Positions 58,252-64,000 of a DNA stretch of 64,000 nt are shown here, piece by piece. Where the stretch lies: positions 38,626,001 to 38,690,000 of the forward strand of contig OZ024758.1 of NCBI GenBank assembly GCA_964016885.1. Direction: 5' to 3'. Position 1 is the first letter of the stretch. Each line of letters begins with the position of its first letter. Source of the DNA: Eledone cirrhosa. Taxonomy: Eukaryota. The notes beneath the pieces were generated by a model. It saw only the letters and a list, made by a program, of their open reading frames with translations. It searched no databases and was not told the DNA's origin. A program made the translations under genes and the position numbers.

Positions 58252-58575
58252 TCATCACCATCACCCTTTTACGTCCATTCTTCCATGGGTTAGACCGGTT
58301 GTCCTGTTGTAGGCAATGCCAGGTCGAGTGACCTTGTCTTGCTCATATGGGAACTGATGCTGGCTTGATTTCTACAGCTGGATGCCCTTCCTAGCACCAA
58401 CCTCATTTACAGTGAGTGCTAGGTGCTTTTTTACCGTGGCGCCTACATGTCCACTTTACAGTGTGGGCTGGGTGCTTTTTTGTCATGACACCTCCACGAC
58501 CACTTTGCAGTGGGAGGAGGGGGTGGGGGCATATTTTCCATATGCTTCAGCTTCGGCTTGTACCCTAGGGAAGTC
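58252..58575 (-). mobile_element. RTE 3' UTR fragment
   Basis: Reverse complement of ~37760-38085. Confidence 0.8.
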
Positions 58576-58660
58576 AGGTCTTCTGCATATATATATATTA
58601 AGTGTTTCCGAAGGAAAGGAGAGTGCACTATGTAAGCTACAGAGCTATTTAGTTATGTAA

Positions 58661-58770
58661 TAAACAACATAAGACAATTATTCCATTTACCAAAGGTTTC
58701 ACGAAGACAGACGAGCTCATCAGTCTTCATAAAACCTTTGGTAAATGGAATAATTGTCTTATGTTGTTTA
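58661..58770. repeat. 110-bp fold-back palindrome centred on a hammerhead-like CTGATGAG box
   Basis: TAAACAACATAAGACAATTATTCCATTTACCAAAGGTTT..CAGACGAG|CTCATCAG..AAACCTTTGGTAAATGGAATAATTGTCTTATGTTGTTTA. Confidence 0.88.
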
Positions 58771-58843
58771 ATGGCGCATGTCTCTCGGACATGACACCCT
58801 TAATTTAATTTTGGAATTATATTTTTTTTTTTTTCTACCATAG

Positions 58844-58981
58844 TTTGTCAATATGGAAGGTTTGGTGCCAAGTGCAGCAGTATATGTCACTGTACAGACA
58901 ACAGCAAGTGTACCCCAGTATCAGGGACCTGTTCAAGTGGGGGTTGTATTGCTAGATATGAGGGTAACAATTGTCAGTTAA
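58844..58981 (+). CDS. EGF-like exon C
   Basis: 138 bp, poly-T..catag / gtaagt. CQYGRFGAKCSSICHCTDNSKCTPVSGTCSSGGCIARYEGNNCQL. Confidence 0.9.
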   Translation, partial: FVNMEGLVPSAAVYVTVQTTASVPQYQGPVQVGVVLLDMRVTIVS

Positions 58982-59335
58982 GTAAGTATATATTTGTTGT
59001 TGTTGCTATTGTTGTTTTGTTGTTGTTATTTTGTTATTGATGGGCAACAGCAACAAACTCCCTCTTACACCAATGGCCAGACAACACAGGCTGGAGATAG
59101 AATGTGTAGCAACAAGAGCGGTGCCCCAGCATGGCCTCTGCCAGATGGCTGGAACAGGTAAAAATGTAAGGGATGTTGTTGATGACTGCTATTTTTGTTT
59201 GCTGTTGTTATTTTGTTATTGTTTTTGTTGTTTTTGTTGTTGCTATTGTTGTTTGTTTTTGTTATTCATGTTATTGTTGTTGATGATGGTTGCTGTTGTT
59301 GTTGTTGATGTTTACTGTTATTCTTGTACATTCTC

Positions 59336-60225
59336 TACATTTCACATCTCACACAATTCACATCTATATTTCACATTATACAATTCACACCTTTACATTT
59401 CACATATCCTACATTTCACATCTCTTACATTTCACATCACCTACATTTCACATCTCTTACATTTCACATCTCCTACATTTCACATCTCTTACATTTCACA
59501 TCTCTTACATTTCACATCACCTACATTTCACATCTCTTACATTTCACATCTCTTACATTTCACATCTCTTACATTTCACATCTCCTACATTTCACATCTC
59601 TTACATTTCACATATCTTACATTTCACATCTCTTACATTTCACATCTCCTACATTTCACATCTCCTACATTTCACATCTCCTACATTTCACATCTCCTAC
59701 ATTTCACATCTCCTACATTCCTCATCCCTACATTCCTCATCCCTACATTTCACATCTCTTAAATTTCACATCACCTACATTTCACATCTCTTACATTTCA
59801 CATCACCTACATTTCACATCTCTTACATTTCACATCTCCTACATTTCACATCCTTACATTTCACATCTCTTACATTTCACATCTCCTACATTTCACATCC
59901 TTACATTTCACATATCCTACATTTCACATATCCTACATTTCACATCACCTACATTTCACATCTCTTACATTTCACATCTCTTACATTTCATATCTACTAC
60001 AGTTCACATATCCTACATTTCACATCTCCTACATTCCTCATCCCTACATTCCTCATCCCTACATTCCTCATCCATACATTTCACATCACCTACATTTCAC
60101 ATCCCTACATTTTACACCCACTACATTTCATATTCCTACATTTCACATCCTTACATTTCACATCCCATACATTTCACAACTCATACATTGTATATCACAT
60201 ACATTTCACATCTCATTCCATCTAA
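59336..60225. repeat. ~16-bp minisatellite
   Basis: (C/T)TACATTTCACATCTC and variants; it ends just upstream of the exon D acceptor. Confidence 0.93.
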
Positions 60226-60256
60226 CTTCTATATTCTTCATATTTAATGTACCCAG

Positions 60257-60394
60257 AGTGTAGAAGTGGTCAATTTGGTGACAACTGTATTAACTCATGT
60301 CACTGTGCCAACAACAGCAAGTGTGACCCCATCACAGGTGTATGTTCCAGTGGTGGCTGTGAAGCTGGCTATCAAGGTAGCAATTGTCAGACAG
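60257..60394 (+). CDS. EGF-like exon D
   Basis: 138 bp, cccag / gtgagt. CRSGQFGDNCINSCHCANNSKCDPITGVCSSGGCEAGYQGSNCQT. Confidence 0.9.
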
Positions 60395-61781
60395 GTGAGT
60401 CATTCAGTAGATCTTCTATGCTATTTGTATTTCTAGGTGAGCACATGGCACTTCAAAGTGAGATTCCAAACTTACCAAGGAAAGAGTGACATGAAAAGAC
60501 CGAGGCTCCTTTGGGGTGCATTTTTGTCAGAGGCCAGTTAAACCTACATAGGTAGAGCTGTAACAACATGATAGGCCTGGGGTCCTTATTATTAAAACAC
60601 CCAGAATATTTCCTATGGAGTGCATCCTTGTAGGGGGCCAGCCAAACCTACATAAATGTGAGCTGTAACAACAACATGATAGGCATGGTGTCCTTACCAT
60701 TGAAACACCCAGAATACTTCCTATGGGGTGACAACCTCATAGGTGGCCGACTAAGCCTATAAAGGTGCTTGTTTAAAAAAAATAAAACTTGACTATAAAC
60801 CAAATGGATACACCATTTTTTCTCTTCTTCACTGATACTCTCCCCATGTGCCTTCTCCTCCTGCTTTCCACCACTACTATATTGGACTCTGTTCCTCGGA
60901 GTATTCTAGGTTCATGCCACCTCCACTCAGACATTTTCAACTGACTCCTCTCTCTTCTTTTCGTCCCACATTTTGTATCCACTTGGTGCCACCCTAATTA
61001 GTACAACCTCTCAAGAACTGGTGCACCCAGGCCACTCAGTAAAGTGATTGGTTACAAGAAGAATACCCAACCAGTAAAACCAAGCCAAAACTATGTAAAG
61101 CACAAATGTACCAATGTTTTTAATTAACCCTTTCGTGTTCAAACTGGCCCAAACCGGCCAGAATTCTCTACCTCTTTCTGTTGATATTGGCTGTAACTGG
61201 TCGCTCAAACTGATGTTAAGGTATTGTTCTCAAAATAAATACTTTCAAAATCTCATAGATTCGATATTATGTGAGATAATTATGTGAGATAAAGCCTTTA
61301 CCATGAAAATACACAATAGTATATATAGAGTAATGTGAATGGTAAAGGGTTAATAATGATTTCTTAATTTTGGAGTAAAGAGAAAGTCAGTTGATTATAT
61401 CTACCCCAGTATTTAACTGGTACATTATTTTATCAAGCTTGTAAAAATGACATTCAAGTTTGACCTGAGCAAGATTTGAACTCAGAACTCAGAAGTTCTG
61501 CAAAGCATTTCATCCAACAAACACTCCAACAGTTCTGCCCATTTCTTTCCCTTTTACAACAAAAGGATGACATTGTTCATCTAGAAAACACACGTGGTGT
61601 TTATGAGGCTGTTTGCTGGCAAACAAACTGAATATTAATGATATTATAATACTATTATAACATTATTGTTATCCAGTGCATTACTAATAAAGTACCAGTA
61701 ATACACTGGGATAATTGCTAGCCTTGTGCAAAAAGTAGAAATAATTATTATTGAATCGTGAGGGTGGTGGATTGGCAGTAT

Positions 61782-61950
61782 CGGTAGAGCGTCGGATGCC
61801 ATGCTTTGCAGCATAGAGTTATGGTTCTTTACGGTCTGAGTTCAAATCCCACAGAGGTTAACTTTGCCTTTCGACCTTACGGGGTCGATAAAATAAAGTA
61901 CCAGTAATGCACTGGGGTAATTGCTGGCCTTATGTCAAAAGTCGAAACAA
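61782..61950 (+). mobile_element. Family-1 SINE (another diverged copy at ~63285-63440)
   Basis: Same A box, B box and body as the copy at 4741. Confidence 0.75.
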
Positions 61951-61998
61951 TTCTTATTCACTCATGAATAAATAATAAATAATAGCTCTATATTTCAG

Positions 61999-62136
61999 AG
62001 TGCTCCAGTGGCAAGTTTGGTAAAGATTGTAGCTATAGCTGTTACTGCTATGACAATAGCACGTGTAACCCTAAATCTGGTACCTGTTCGAGTGGTGGGT
62101 GTACACCTGGCTATAAAGGTAACAACTGTCAAACAG
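61999..62136 (+). CDS. EGF-like exon E
   Basis: 138 bp, tttcag / gtgagt. CSSGKFGKDCSYSCYCYDNSTCNPKSGTCSSGGCTPGYKGNNCQT. Not in the ORF track. Confidence 0.9.
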
Positions 62137-62421
62137 GTGAGTGAAATGAAAGAAGCTAATTACTCTGTGCAACATATATGAATTCTTGTTTTATCTCTCC
62201 AAACTTTAGGGTGTTCTTTATTAGTCATTCCCAAAGTGGGATCCATGGAACCCAAGGGTTCTGCAAATGAATGTCTGGGGTTCCATGAAAAAAAGGTAGA
62301 GAAGTATATTTATATTCAAACCATATAAAAATATGAGACTGGGATTCCGCCAGAAGTTTCTGAACCAAAAAGTGTTTGCTTTTTTTTTTATTAACAAACA
62401 ATGTTTTTGTTTCTTTGAAAG

Positions 62422-62559
62422 TCTGCCAGAATGGTAGATTTGGCAGCAACTGTGAAGGTATATGTCACTGTGTAGACAGCAACAAATGTGACTCAGTGAC
62501 AGGAATATGTTCTGACGGAAGATGTGTTGCTGGTTTTGAAGGAAGAAACTGCCAAAATG
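62422..62559 (+). CDS. EGF-like exon F
   Basis: 138 bp, aag acceptor after a T-rich tract, gtgagt donor. CQNGRFGSNCEGICHCVDSNKCDSVTGICSDGRCVAGFEGRNCQN. Confidence 0.88.
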
Positions 62560-64000
62560 GTGAGTAAAACTAAATATCGAATTTCTATTCTGTCTTTTTT
62601 TTTATGGGGGGGGGGGGGGCAGATTTGTAAATTAAAATAAAAGCTGGTGAATTGACAGTATCTTTTTCAATATCTTTTATTCACCTCTTTATAATATGTA
62701 AGGACACTGTGTCAGTTGTTTACAGTTTAAACTAGTTATGAGATCAATGAACTGTCATCTCTATCTAACACTAACACAAGTGGTAAAGCTGTTGGATTTA
62801 CAATCATAATGTTGTGGGTTTGGTTCCTGGACTTGGCTGTGCATTGCGTTCTTAAGCAAAACATTCTTGCGTAGTATACTCAGTTGAAAATGAGTACCAG
62901 CAATTGCTGGGGGATTTTAAATTCCATCCTGCACAGGACAGGAGTCCTGTGCAGGATGGAATTCTATACTCTCAGTTGCTTCACACCATGGAAACCGAGA
63001 TAAGCACATTCCACCCTTCTCTCAGGCATTGCATAACTAGGACTACACTATTTAATGTGTCCTTTCCTTTTTATCATACTAATCTATAATTTGGCTGTTA
63101 CTTGTTCTGAGTCTAAAGTCTGTCTCAAGCCTGGATGCTAATCAGGCCAGTGTTTACCTTGGTTTCCATGGTGTTAAGTGACTGACAGTAAACAATTCCA
63201 GCCTGGACAGGACACCAGTCCATTGCAGAGAAAACCCCCCAGCAATTGTTGATACTCATTTCCAACTGAGTATACTGAGTATATAGGCAGTGAATTGGCA
63301 GAGTCGTTAGAACATCAGATAGAATGCTTTGTGGTATTCGTTCCAACTCTCTGCTCTCTGAGTTCAAATCCCGCTGAGGTCAACTTTGCCTTTCATCCTT
63401 TTGATGTCAATAAAAAAGTACCAGTCTAGTACTGGGGTCGATTCTTCTTCTATATCTCTTTCTCATTTCCTCTCTCTCACTTTCTATCTTTCTCTGGAAG
63501 AAATCTGCTGTATTCAGGCCTGGACAGGGATGGGCTCCGCCTGGCTTAAAATACCCAAGAAATGATGTCTGTTAATACGGCACCTCTACGACTCTGTCAG
63601 GAGTTACAGGACCATACATACATACTGAGTATAATGTTTTGCTCAAGAACATAACACACAACCCAGTCCAAGAATGAAACCCAGAACATGATTGTAAGTT
63701 TAACACCATTTACACTTGTGTTAGTGTTAAATAGAGCATGAAAGTTTATTAGCTTTGTTGCAATTAGTTGAGACACAAAATAACTGGCACAGTGTCCTTT
63801 CCTATTGTAAGAGGTGAATAAAAGAGTTCACACACACATACACATAAACACACACATGCACTCACACTCTAAAACACACAAACACACTCACACACATACT
63901 CTTTCACACTCTTAAATGCTCAAATGTACTCACACACTAAAACACACAAACACACTCACATTAAAACACACAAATGCACTCACTCACACACACTTAAACA

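Noticed and set aside
54152-60247. ~300-aa repetitive ORFs (mucin-like Thr-rich, His-rich)
   Set aside because: Translations of the 45-, 54- and 16-bp minisatellites lying between canonical EGF exons.

Overview
Eukaryotic, very AT-rich, repeat-dominated animal DNA. A cephalopod (octopus-like) origin is inferred from kilobase (TA)n/(TATG)n tracts, tRNA-derived SINEs, RTE and CR1-group LINEs and HTGEKP-type C2H2 fingers; it is not proven. Almost all long ORFs in the track are artefacts of micro- and minisatellites. Real coding signal: (i) eight 138-bp phase 1-1 exons (41117-62559, +), each encoding one 8-Cys EGF/laminin-EGF-like repeat, of which three are identical copies made by a recent tandem triplication; (ii) a degenerate C2H2 zinc-finger ORF; (iii) remnants of CR1-group, RTE, Penelope-like (GIY-YIG) and hAT elements. 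The main finding is a dense set of type I hammerhead ribozyme motifs of at least six unrelated sequence families (CUGANGA / stem II / GAAA / short, mostly palindromic stem III / NUH). They sit at the ends of Penelope-like or non-coding elements embedded in (TA)n tracts and repeatedly form head-to-head inverted repeats with both 3' ends facing outward. One has a ~116-nt stem II, and one insertion has an empty site visible in a paralogous copy. All folds were read by eye; repeat boundaries are approximate.
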